From Hemiscyllium ocellatum (Eukaryota), in the NCBI RefSeq assembly GCF_020745735.1, contig NC_083426.1, positions 12,338,001 to 12,402,000 of the forward strand: DNA of 64,000 nucleotides, read 5' to 3'. Below the pieces are notes generated by a model. The model worked only from the letters and a program-made list of their open reading frames with translations. It was not told the origin of the DNA and did no database searches. The translations under genes and the position numbers were made by a program. Within the stretch, counting starts at the first letter, position 1. The number at the start of each line of letters is the position of its first letter. This document shows, piece by piece, positions 10,815 through 22,329 of the stretch.

Positions 10815-12990
10815 CATAGAGTCATAGAGATGTACAGCACGGAAACAGACCTTTCAGTCCAACCCGTCCATACCAACCGGATATCCCAACCCAATCTCGT
10901 CCCACCTGCCAGCACCCAGCCCATATCCCTCCATACCCTTCCTATTCATATACCCATCCAAATGCATCTTAAATGTTGCAATTGTACCAGCATCTACCAC
11001 AGCCTCTGGCAGCTCATTCCATACAAATATCACCCTCTGTATGAAAAGGTTGCCCTGTAAGTCTCTTTTATATCTTTCCTCTCTTACCCTAAACCTATGC
11101 CCTCTAGTTCTGGACTCCCCGAGCCCAGGGAAAAGACTTTCCCTATTTACCCTATCCATGACCCTCATAATTTTGTAAACATCCATAAGATCATCTCTAG
11201 CCAACAATGTTACAGAGAAAACAACTCCAGCCTGTTCAGACTCTCCCTATAGCTCAAATGCTCCAACCCTGGCAACATCCTTACAAATCTTTTCTGAACC
11301 CTTTCAAATTTCACAACATCTTTCTGATAGGAAGGAGGCAAGAATTGCACGTAATATTCCAACAGTAGCCTAACCAATGTCCTGTATAGCCGCAACACGA
11401 TCTCCCAACTCCTGTACTCAATACTCTGACCAATAAAGGAAAGCATACCAAACGCCTTCTTCACTATCCTATCTACCTGTGACTCCATTTTCAAGGAGCT
11501 ACGACCTGTACTCCAAAGTCTCTTTGTTCAGCAACAATCCCGAGGACCTTACCATGAAGTGCGTAAGCCCTGCTAAGATTTGCTTTCCCAAAATGCAGCA
11601 CCTCGCATTTATCTGAATTAAACTCCATCTGCCACTTCTCAGCCCATTGGCCATCTGGTCAAGATCCTGTTATAATCTGAGGTAACCCTCTTCGCTATCC
11701 ATTACACCTCCAATTTTGGTGTCATCGGCAAACTTACTAACTGTACCTCTTATTCTCGCATCCAAACCATATGTGAATGATAAAAAATAAAGGACCCAGC
11801 ACTGATCCTTGTGGCACTCCACTGGTAACAGTCCTCCAATCTGAAAAAAGACCCTCCACCACCACCTTCTACCTTTCAGCCAGTTCTGTATCCAGATAGC
11901 TAGTTATCCCTGTATTCCATGGGATCTAACCTTGCTAATCAGTCTCCCATGGGGAACCTTGTCAAACGCCTTACTGAAGTCCATATCGATCATATCTACC
12001 ACTCTGCCCTCATCAATCCTCTTTGTTACTTCTTCAAAAAACTGAATCAAGTTTGTGAGACATGATTTCCCATGCACAAAGCCATGTTGATGATCCCAAA
12101 TCAGTCCTTCCCTTTCCAAATACATGTACATCCTGTCCCTCAGGATTCCCTCCAACAATGTGCCCACCATCGAAGTCAGGCTCACTGGTCTATATTTCCC
12201 TGGCTTGTCCTCACCACCCTTCTTAAACTGTGGCACCATGTTAGCCAACCTCCAGTGTTCCAGCACTTCACCTGTGACTATCGATGATACAAGTATCTCA
12301 GCAAGAGGCCCAGCAATCACTTCTCTAGCTACCCACAGAGTTCTCGGGTACACCTGATCAGGTCCTGGGGATTTATCCACCTTTATCCATTTCAAGACAT
12401 CCAGCACCTCTCCCTCTGTAATCTGGACATTTTGCAAGATGTCACCATCTATTTCCCTGCAGACTATATCTTCCATATCCCTTGCAAAATATTCATTTAG
12501 TATCTCCCCCATTTTCCGTGGCTCCACACAAAGGCCGCCTTGCTGAGCTTTGATGGGCCCTATTCTCTCCCCAGTTACCCTTTTGTCCTTAATGTTTTTG
12601 TAAAAACTCTTTGGATTCTCCTTAACCCTATTTGCCAAAGCTATCTCATGACCCCTTTTTGCCCTCCTAATTTCCCTCTTAAGTATACTCTTACCTCTTT
12701 TATACTCTTCTAAGGATCCACTCGATCTATGCTGTCTACATCTTACATATGCTTTCTTATTTTTCTTCACCAAACCCTCAATTTCACTAGCCATCCAGCA
12801 TTCCCTGTACCTACCAGCCTTACCTTTCACCCTGACAGGAATATACATTCTCTGGATTCTCATTATCTCATTTCTGAAGGCCTCCTATTTTCCAGCCGTC
12901 CTTTTACCTGCGAACATCTGCCCCCAATCAGCTTTCGAAAGTTCTTGCTTAATACCATCAAAATTGGCCTTTCTCCAAATTTTAACAGAT
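10815..12990 (-). mobile_element. 5'-truncated CR1 LINE with RT fragments
   Basis: ORF 11904-12863 (KSPGPD, YRPVSLTS, QHGF, DFSKAFDKVPH), later ORF2 frames and (CTATGA)-type tail. Confidence 0.95.
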
Positions 12991-13614
12991 TAAATATATT
13001 ATTCCTGCATTTCTTTTATGTTGCTCACAACTCTTGTAAAAAATGAAGCAGGAGCCTACATTTGATGTTCAACATGAATAATGTGCATTAGTATATTTTG
13101 GTAAGTATTTTTGAGATTGAATAGGATACACAAAGTAGGTATAAGACTTCATTCAAAAAATTTCTCCGGAGTATTCTATGCCTATATGTGTCTCTGAGTA
13201 TTGAACCATCACTGCTGAACAAGACATAAACGAGATGTGTCTCTACACTGACAATCCAACACTCCAGTTCTGGCTGTCACTCACTGGGCAGTGAATAAAT
13301 GAATAGAATTAGACTCCCCATTCTCCTTGTTAGCTGCAGATATTCTTGCAACAGAAAGCACAGCTCGCTATCTGCCTGTGTGTTTCCTTGGAGATCATTG
13401 TTACCAGGAGGGTGTTGCATGGTTTGCAGAAGTAGTTACTGACACCATGCAATGTGATGGTCAGCCTGCGATGCTTTATATCCTGTCAATTCTTGAAAAC
13501 ATAATTGAATAATACTGCTGAAAAAATAAATTATGAATGAATAAAGGCAGTGTCTGCTAACAGTGGGAATGCAGGACAATGTGAGTGCACACTCACTCAG
13601 GAAGGTGCATGCAC

Positions 13615-13990
13615 ATAGTACCAGACCCTGCACGGTGTTGTGTCATGTCCAGTTCCACACCCTGCATGGTGTTGTGTTATGTACAGTTCCAGACTCTGCA
13701 CACTGTTGGATCATGTACAGTTCCACACCATGCACGATGTTGTATCATGTACAGTTCCACACCATGCACGATGTAATATCATGTACAGTTCCAGACCTTG
13801 AACACTGTTGTGTCATGTACAGTTCCAATCCCTGCACAGTGTTGTGTCGTGTACAGTTCCAGTCCCTGCACAGTGTTGTGTCATGTCCAGTTCCACATCT
13901 TGCATGGTGTTGTCATGTACAGTTCCACACCCTGCATGGTGTTGTGTCATATACAGTTCCACACCCTGCACGGTGTTGTATCATGTAATG
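13615..13990. repeat. 34-bp minisatellite, ~11 copies
   Basis: Unit CATGTACAGTTCCACACCCTGCACAGTGTTGTGT. Confidence 0.95.
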
Positions 13991-14339
13991 TTCTGGAATG
14001 TGAAAGTGCACAGACCAGGTGTCACATCAAAATCGGAATAGACGGCAAATGTGGGAGAAGTAGAAAGAATGGACAGGGTCTGGCCAACCCTAGTCTGACT
14101 GAAACCCTCCCTCATTACCTCCAGGCCCAATCCCATACCCCAACTCCCCAGATCAATGCTCTTTCTCTCCCTGAGGATATTTATTTCCTCTCTACCTATG
14201 GAGTCTCAGGCTGAAGAGTGACCATCTCTATATATCTGCTATCCACAATACTCACCATCTCCTGGCTGCTTCACATTGTCTACTGGCATCACTCCTGCTC
14301 TGAAATCCAGACAGCCAGGATATGCTGTGGGAGATACTT

Positions 14340-14578
14340 CCTACACACTGATTGGTCCCAGGAGATAACTCTCCTCCTGACACTCCACAATTTGAGTTGC
14401 ACAAGTCAGGACTATGATGGGAAGCTCTCCGCTTCCCTGGATGGGTGCAGCTCCAACAATACTGAAGCCATTTGATACATTCCAGGACAAAGTTGCCCAC
14501 TTGTTTGGCACCATTTCCACAATCTTAAACAGTCTATCCTCAACATACAGTGACACCAATGTGTACCATCTTCAAGAT
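14340..14578 (+). mobile_element. Second LINE family (CR1/L2 group) 3' ORF2 fragment; longer copy at ~56075-56600
   Basis: [22 protein letters not shown], typical of the ORF2 C-terminal region. Confidence 0.65.
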
Positions 14579-15559
14579 GTCTGTCTGAATCCCCTTTAAC
14601 ACCGTACCCACAAGAGATGTTTGGATCTTCAATCCAAAGTTCCCAGGTATTTCCGTACGGCCTTTCTTAAATAATTGTCCAAGATTAGCCACACTCCAAC
14701 CCCTCGGCACTCCACCCACGGCTATCGCTGACACAAATATCTGTGCTAGGGGCCCCACAATTTCCTCCCAGGCCTACCAAGTGGCCTTGGGATAGACTTC
14801 ATAAGACCCTGGGGATTTATCTACCTTAATGTGTTTTAAGATGTCAGGAACCTCCTCTTCTGTAACGTATACTCTCTTTCACACCGTTGAAAGAACTATG
14901 TGGTAATCGATTGGGAAATGTAATTATCTGAGCTGGACAAGAAGAATTACATTGTATAGGGTACAGAGAGGGATATCATTTACTGAAGGATGCTCAAAAA
15001 ATTTTGTAAATGAATATTCTGAGCTTTAGGTTTTACATCACAACACAATGTTAAGTTTACTGATTGGAGTAAGTTGGATGTGAGTGCAAGTTGTGAGGAA
15101 GAAACAAAGAATCTGCAAAGAGATTTAGACAGTTACAGTGAGTGAATAACAAGTTGGGAACTTTAATGTTGATTGTTTTAAAACAGGTTGTTTATAAATG
15201 AATGTGAGATTGAAATATTGAACAATAATTTTGTTGCAGTGCTACATTACAATGTTAAATTTGATGGAAATGAAAGAGTGTAAGCAACTTGGTTAAAGCA
15301 CAAGACTGAAAGGAAAAAGGTTTCTTAAGCAAAGAGAAATCTGTATCAATCGTCTACTTTTGCAACTGACCCTCACAAAACATCATTGTCCTGTAAAAAA
15401 AGGAATAATCACAAATTCAAGATTTTGTCAACGTGTGACAAGATCTCCCTTTCTGCTTTTACAGGTTGATAAACATTGAAGCATCTCTCCTGTTCAAACC
15501 AGACAGTGCACTTCAACAAACATTGATTGTCTTAATGTACAACTGGGATGGTCACTCAC

Positions 15560-15599
15560 CAGGAATGGAACAAATGAGGAGAATTAAAATCCACATCAT
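15560..15599 (-). CDS. Gene C signal-peptide exon [13 protein letters not shown]
   Basis: Same as the 59019-59058 paralog, with GTGAGT donor. Confidence 0.85.
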
Positions 15600-15790
15600 T
15601 TTATTCAAAAGATCAGCTCAGTTCTTGATGTCAGTCTCTCAGCTCTTGTTTCTCACATTGTGGTAAGTGTGAACAGCAATTTCTACAAGAAGTTAAATGA
15701 GGAAGAAGATATAGGAAGCCAGATTCTGAAACTACAGGAAGCTAGAGGGGGTGAACTGACCCTGAAGGAGCAGTTTCCTCTCAGTTATAT
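15600..15790 (-). promoter_or_regulatory. Putative proximal promoter/5'UTR of gene C with RUNX (TGTGGT 15659-15664) and several ETS (GGAA) cores; paralogs ~59060-59250 and ~27322-27510
   Basis: Directly upstream of the ATG and conserved among paralogs. Motif calls only, no functional data. Confidence 0.4.
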
Positions 15791-16299
15791 TTAAAAGAAG
15801 AACTAAATTAACTTTCATTAAATGAATAGAGAATCCTGAAATCAAAATGATGAAGGAATCAGATGCTATCGGCAATGGTGACCCAAGCTCATTATTTATC
15901 CTGAATTAGAATTAGAATTCAGTTTTATTGTCATGTGTGCTCAAGTACAAAAGTACAGGGGTCCACTGAAAAGTGTATGATGTTGCCATGCATAGTGTCA
16001 TCTTAGGGACAAAGTGTATCATTACAAAACTCAGGGACTAAAATAGATTAGTTCCAAAAAGAGGGAAGTAAAGAAAAAAGCTAAAAGCTCTACACGACAG
16101 TTCTTCATTGTATATGTTAGGGAAATAGAGAGATAAAGTTAAAAGATAGCTATTACAGTCCTTCTATAGCCTGCAGTCGCTCCATGCTGGGGGATTTCCA
16201 CACGTGTTCTCTCTCAAGCTATCTCTCTCTCCTCAGACTGAGCTGATTCCAATCAGACAAGAAAGATGCTGACCATCATCTGTGACACACTCCCTGCTC

Positions 16300-16680
16300 C
16301 GGCACCCCCACCCACCGCCCAATCCACTCTCATCCTGCTGCCACCCACTGCCCACTGCACTCTACTCCAGGCCCACTCCCCTCTACTCCAGGCTCACTCC
16401 ACTGTGCGCTCCCCACCCACTGTCCACTGCACTCTACGCCTGGCCCACTCCATTCTACTCCAGGCCCACTTCCCTCTACTCCAGGCTCACTCCACTTTGG
16501 GCCCCCCACCTACTGCCCACTGCACTCTTCTCCAGGCCCACTCCACTCCACCCCCAACCACCCACTGCCCACTCCCGTCTATTCCAGGCCCACTCCACTC
16601 CCGCCCCAACCACCCACTGCCTACTCCCCTCTATTCCAGGCTCACTCCCCTCTACTCCAGGCCCAATCCACTTCAGGGCC
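16300..16680. repeat. C-rich ~20-bp minisatellite (CCCACTCCCCTCTACTCCAGG) with higher-order structure; paralog 59770-60230
   Basis: Direct inspection. Confidence 0.9.
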
Positions 16681-16872
16681 TTGGCTGCTGCCACACTCTG
16701 ATGTTGTCACCACCACTAACTCCACAAGGTGAGTTAGAAAACCTGTAAATAATTAAGAAGAGAAGATCGAGAAACGGGAAAAAAGGTGAGAAGCGGCTGA
16801 ACAGGGCGAGCCCAGGGCTGAGTCTAGAATCTCGACAAAAGTGAGGACTGCAGATGCTGGAAAACAAAGTCT

Positions 16873-17052
16873 AGATTAGAGTGGGGCTGGAAAAGCACAG
16901 CCAGTCGGGCAGCATCAGAGGAGCAGGAAAATCGATGTTTCGGGCCAAAGCCTAGCGTCAATCCTGATGAGGGGCTTTTGTCTGAAACGTCGATTTTCCT
17001 GCTCCTCGGACGCTGCCTGACCGGCTGGGCTTTTCCAGCCCCACTCTAATCT
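16873..17052. repeat. Palindromic head-to-head Penelope-derived repeat (paralog 60419-60598)
   Basis: Long inverted arms (AGATTAGAGTGGGGCTGGAAAAGC...GCTTTTCCAGCCCCACTCTAATCT). Confidence 0.85.
16960..16995 (+). ncRNA. Minimal type I hammerhead ribozyme motif
   Basis: AAUC-CUGAUGA-G-GGGC(UUUU)GUCU-GAAA-C-GUC^GAUU. Stem I AAUC/GAUU; palindromic ACGU stem III. Confidence 0.7.
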
Positions 17053-17759
17053 CGACACTGGGCCTAGAATCTGCCAACTCCATTGCCACCATTTTCCCAT
17101 TCTCAGATGAACACCAACTGACTCATTCTCCAGTGTCAGAAACTTTCAACAAACAGTTTTTAACAAATAGAAATTTCTTTTGTGAAAATTACTACTGCAA
17201 TTCAATGCAGGATTTTTATTAATATTTTGCTTTTAGGCCAAATGATTCTGATGTAGGTGCTGAATAATTATTGTGTCAGGATCTAATCTCCTAGATGTGC
17301 AGGAGTAGGGCATACTCTGTTCCATTTCCACAAGATCCAAGTAAACAAGTCTTGGGGTTGATTTTAGGCAGAGAAAGGAATTCAACAACAGAGAGAAAAT
17401 TCTTTCAAACATGAACTGTGATTGAGTAACTGGGAGTGAGCTTCAGTTCCAAGGTGAGGATCCCTTTGGTGAACCGACGGACATGGGGCTTTGTATTCAC
17501 CAGGACATGGTTGATGATGAGTGAGTCTGGTGAACCATGCTGGGTTTCACCTTTGAGAAGATCAAAGGGACTGACACCCTTCACCAACCGTGCTCATCCC
17601 CAGCCACAATGCTGAAGGCAGTGCCCCCACCTTAACCCTTAATATGGGAGGAGAGTCACTGGAGTCATTACCCAGAGACTGAACCTGTAAAGTAACTTGC
17701 TCAGTGTCAAAGCCATATCCTAGTAGACGGTCACTCAGCAGTTTTTAAAAGACCGTTCT

Positions 17760-18130
17760 TCTGAGACAAACAATTGCAGGACCTGGAGCTGCCACAAAGC
17801 CCCTCCCCCATTCGGATGGATGTCCCATTTGCTCTGGAATGGTGCAGTGATCCACCCACAACATGGACATGAGCCTGTCCCAGGAGGTTTCCTTCCCAGT
17901 GATTGTGATCAATGGGCTGGGTCTGAAAACTCTCAGTGCAGCCTTGAATGACCCAGAGTGTGCCACCCACAATATCCTGTTGATTAACACTGACTGGGCT
18001 CTAAGAAAACTGTCCCCACCCTGCCTTTCCAGAAAGCCTCTCCACTGAACATTTCTGTCAGTGGCTGTGCAAACGTGGCTGCAGACATATTGCTCCAGGT
18101 GACACAGTTCTCCGTCTTTCCTGAGCTGTA
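17760..18130 (+). pseudogene. Degenerate NLR-type leucine-rich-repeat fragment
   Basis: SQEVSFPVIVINGLGLKTLSAALNDPECATHNILL matches, from memory and without gaps, the RI-like LRR pattern of fish/shark NLRs (QELxLxxNxLGDSGVKLxSAALxNPEC). Stops and frameshifts flank it. Confidence 0.55.
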
Positions 18131-18814
18131 GACAATGGGTGCCAGGAGGGTGTTACAGTGCCTGCAGGTATGGGTTGTGGTTTCACAATGGGCTTTCCCA
18201 CAGACTCTGGGGTTTTACTAGTGACAGAGGAGGCCAATCCCAAGTGTCTACTCAGCTTTTTGAAAGCCTGTGGAAGAGTTGTGTAATGTCCCTGCTGTCG
18301 CAGTTAGTGACATATTCCTGAACTCCTGAGCTATTTGTCACACAGTTCCTGGACAATATAAAATGCTCAGTGCTGAAGGAACTTTAGGAACAGTTTACAG
18401 CACAGTTTAATTGATAACTCTTCTTCTGGTCCTTTGGAATCTCCCCTGTAGATTAATCGATAAAGCTTCTCTCCCCTTTCAGCTGTCCTCTTTGTGATTC
18501 ATAACCTACATCTCACACAGGCCGGACCCTGATACATCTGTCCACTGTTTGTTCTATCCACATCCAACAATGTCCTTCAAATGGACCAGGACTTACAACA
18601 TTAGCCTCCAGCGAGTGCTGTACCAGGGCAGCTCTCTCTCCAATTTGCAGACAAAAGTAACTCTCACTTACTCTCATTGTACATCTATGACTATCTATCA
18701 CACATCCCCCTTGATAATATTCACACTTTTTTCTGATAGTGTCAAAAGACAATGACCATCAAAATATGCAACAAACGTAGACACTTTTTTTTTACACCCC
18801 ACTCTCTCAAAAAT

Positions 18815-19162
18815 GGACAGCACAGTGTCTCAGTGGTTAGCACTGCTGCCTCACAGCTCCCATGAACTGAGCTCAGTTCAAACCTTGGGTGACTGTCTGT
18901 GCAGTTTGCACATTTTTCCTCTGTCTGTGTGGCTCTCCTCCAGGTGCTACAGTTTTCTCTGAACGTCTCGCAATGTGCAGGTTAGGTCATGCTAAATTGC
19001 CACAATACCAAGGATGTACAGGTAATGTGGGTTAGCCATGGGAAATGTGTGGCTATGGGAACAGAGTGGAGTTCTGGGTCTGGTGGAATGCTCTTCAGAT
19101 GGCTGGTGCAGACCAGAGGGGCCAAATGGCCTCTTTCTGCACTGTTGGGTTTCTATAATTCT
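18815..19162 (+). mobile_element. HE1-like SINE (older)
   Basis: CAGTGGTTAGCACTGCTGCCTCACAG head; CR1-type tail. Confidence 0.8.
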
Positions 19163-21483
19163 CAGTTACAATCCTCATTGATCATGAACCTGTTTGAGGT
19201 TTTAATGGAATGGTCCCAAACTGAATGTGTGTTCATTTACAATGAGCCATTCACACACAGCATGCTGCAGACAGAAACATATTTTATAAACAGAATAATT
19301 TTGGGAGGAAAACTATTTTACCAGATTTAAAATTTAATTTGACAAAAATTTAAAATTATTCAATTCTATTGAAATTAATTTGGTTTGTAACATTTGGGAT
19401 AAAAGCTCAAATTGTTTCAGAATGATGGGTGAATTTGCAGCTTTCTAAATACAGTGAACTGAAAAGCACATTCATTTTCAAAGCCTTGTCTTTCAGTGTT
19501 CACGAATATGGCAAGTTGCATTTATATAGCACCTTCAAAGAAGTAAAGCTGAAGGAAAGATATAGATGAGTGGAAGTTGGAATATTCAAGGCTGGACAGA
19601 AAGATATTGGAATGATTGAGTGTGGAGCTAACAACATCGTGAATGAGAGCTCTGTTGGACAGAGAGGGGGATGGAATCAGTGGCTAAGGAAAGGTGATTG
19701 CAGCGGGATAAAGACAATGGCTTCTAGCTTCAGAATTGTCAGATTTAATTTTATTGAAGTTGTGAAAATGCACAGACAAGCACAATCACAGCAGGTCGGT
19801 ATGTCAGAGAGAGTCCTTAAACTGGATCAATGGAGATGGAGGCATCAACCATCACTATCAATCCCGAGCCGTATGTCTAGCTGTCTCCTTGGAGAGGTGA
19901 ACAACTGTCATTCAGACTCAGGCTCAGCACTCACTGTCTGCTGGATATGAGCCACTGGCAAGAAGATTCAGGATGTGGAGGGGCTGCTGTTGGACTGGGA
20001 TGGACAAAGCTGAAAATCACACAACACCAGGTTATAGACCAACAGGTTTATTTGAAAATGCAAGCTTTCAGAGCACTACTCTTTTTTCAAGGAGTCAGTG
20101 GGGCAGGATACATAGGACACAGGATTTTTCAGTAAAAGATCAAAGTGTCACACAACAGATGCAATGTGTTAGAGAAACCGAGATTGCTGTAGAGTCTGTA
20201 ATCACGTAGAATGGGGTTGCAGGTTTTGATTGGTTAATATGTAAATCCCAGAATTTCTCTGAAATTCCCACCCCATGTATCTTTAGGTTTTATCCATCAA
20301 TAAACTGTGACATCTCAGCTCAGGCAATGCATTAAAGGTATGAGGTTAGAGTCTGTGTCCCAACCTGGTGTCAGACTCATTTTATTTTGAAAATAGGACT
20401 TTACAAATTGTCACATTGTCTGACTGTCAATAGATTGTGTGCTTTTTGAACAAAATAAAAACCATCTGCAAATACAAATTTGCAAATGCATTTCACCCAA
20501 TCGATTTATATGTGTATGTGTGTGTGTTTGTGAAAATTCAGGGGAAATGTTATTATAACTCCATTAGGATGTCCAATGTGTGTATCCTCATCCAACTGTC
20601 ATTGGCACAACCAAGGAGCCTTACACATTGCAGACTATCTCCTCACAGACTGACAATTCAGTGTATGGCCATTGTAACTGAGGATTGCTGCCTTCCACTG
20701 TTTGCCATGCAGTGCATTACAGAAATACCAAACCCAAGTGGCCCTTTAAAATGTACTCGTCTGATTACATTCACCTCATTAATGAGACACTAACTCACTT
20801 GTCTCTCTACCCAACAACATTGTCATTGTCTTCATTCTAGATTAGGACATATGACTATCTTATCCAATGAGATTTAAACGAGGGCATGGACAGGGCGAAC
20901 AGCCAAGGTCTTTTTCCTCTCTGGCAGTGTCCAGATCTAAAGGTCATAGGTTGAAGGTGAGAGGGAAAAGATTTCAAAATGACCTGAGGAGTAACCTTTT
21001 CACACAGAGGGTGGGTGAGTGCATGAAATGAGCTGCCAGAGGAAGTGGTGGATGCTGGTACAATGACAGCATTTCACGCATGAGATCACCATGGAGAGAG
21101 ATGAGGCAGGACCAGAGTAGGCCATTCAGTCCCTCGAGGCTCCTTCAGCATTCACCTGGATCAGAGCAGATCTTACACCTGAATACCATGCTTTCTTGCA
21201 CTATGCCTCATACCCTCTATAGTATATTTTTATTAGCCAAAACATTATTGATCTCTGTTTTGAATATACTCAAGGCTGGACCCCCCAGAGCTCTCTGGGG
21301 CAGAGAATTCCAACAAACCATCACCCTCTGAGTGAAGAAATTCCTGCTCATCTCAGTCCCAAATGGTCAACCCATTCTTCTCAAACTGTGTCTCCTGCTT
21401 CGAAACCCCTCCACCCAGGGCCACCTCATTGATGGGGAACTTAGAGTGCTCAAAATCATTCTTGTAAAGGCTATGATGCTCAC

Positions 21484-21574
21484 CTCATGTTTTCGTGTAA
21501 GTATTGTGACTGAAACAGAACAAATCACCAGGAGAGTGAAGAGTACCCAGCGCATCACATCCCAGGCAATGTAA
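21484..21574 (-). CDS. Second TM exon [30 protein letters not shown] (orphan or alternative)
   Basis: 91-nt paralog of 32835-32925 with intact acceptor and GTGAGC donor. GAG (Glu) stands where the other copy has TAG. Confidence 0.75.
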
Positions 21575-21653
21575 CTGTGTAAAACAGAAGAAATACAAAA
21601 TCATTTAAAGGAAACAACGCCGCTTCATACTTCAAGCATATATTCCTTTGAAA

Positions 21654-21960
21654 GATTAGATTCCCTACAGTATGGAAACAGGCCCTTCGGTGCAACAAGT
21701 CTGCACTGACCCTCTGCAGTGTAACCCACCTCGACCCATTCCCCTACATTTACCCTGAATATGGGCAATTCAAGATGGCTAGTTCACTTAACGTGCATGT
21801 CTTTGGATAGTGGGAGGAAAGCAGAGTACCCAGAGGAAACCCACGCAGATATGGGGAGAATGTGCAAACCCCACACAGGCAGTCACCCGATTTGGGAATC
21901 AAACCCAGGCCCCTGGCTGTGTGAGGCAGCAGTGCTAACCACTGAGCCACCATGCCGCCC
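21654..21960 (-). mobile_element. HE1-like SINE in the TM intron, absent from the 32.9 kb paralog
   Basis: Full head and tail; empty site near 32995-33001. Confidence 0.85.
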
Positions 21961-22329
21961 CTGTGAACCTGTTACACTGCAGCATAATGTAGCAAAGTAA
22001 AGCAGCAAAGCTGATGCAGTAACGTGGGAAAATTAAATTATAATTTATTTTACTAAAATCATAAACAACATATAAAGGTCAAATGAAAGAATCCTCTGTG
22101 GTATGTCCTGTAAAAGTATTTATACCTGATGAGGTAGTCTTTGTGTTAGCTCCTGTCAGATGCAGACAAGGCGGGGCTAGCACTGACAAATCAGCAGATG
22201 TTCAGAACAGTTTCCGGTCTGATTGTGCCTTACATACACAGTAATGAACAGTAGATAAAGGTTAAATGAAACAAGTTGCAGTAACACGTCCTGTAATGGT
22301 CAGCTCAACGTTATATGTGAGGATTATAT

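Noticed and set aside
11904-12863. 319-aa RT ORF as a functional retrotransposon
   Set aside because: 5'-truncated and frameshifted downstream; the paralog is broken into smaller ORFs.
19570-19950. ORF partly conserved in three paralogs (also 30357-30590, 63139-63492)
   Set aside because: No domain motif, variable starts and no splice context; conservation is explained by the segmental duplication.
21367-21558. [17 protein letters not shown]... resembling a signal peptide
   Set aside because: An upstream AG acceptor and the paralog at 32835-32925 show it is the TM exon read from an internal Met.
22127-22153. Possible 27-nt mini-exon (G)ANTKTTSS upstream of the 21.5-kb TM exon
   Set aside because: It has AG/GT ends but phase 1-1, so it cannot join the phase-2 TM exon, and it has no paralog in the window. 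Left unannotated.
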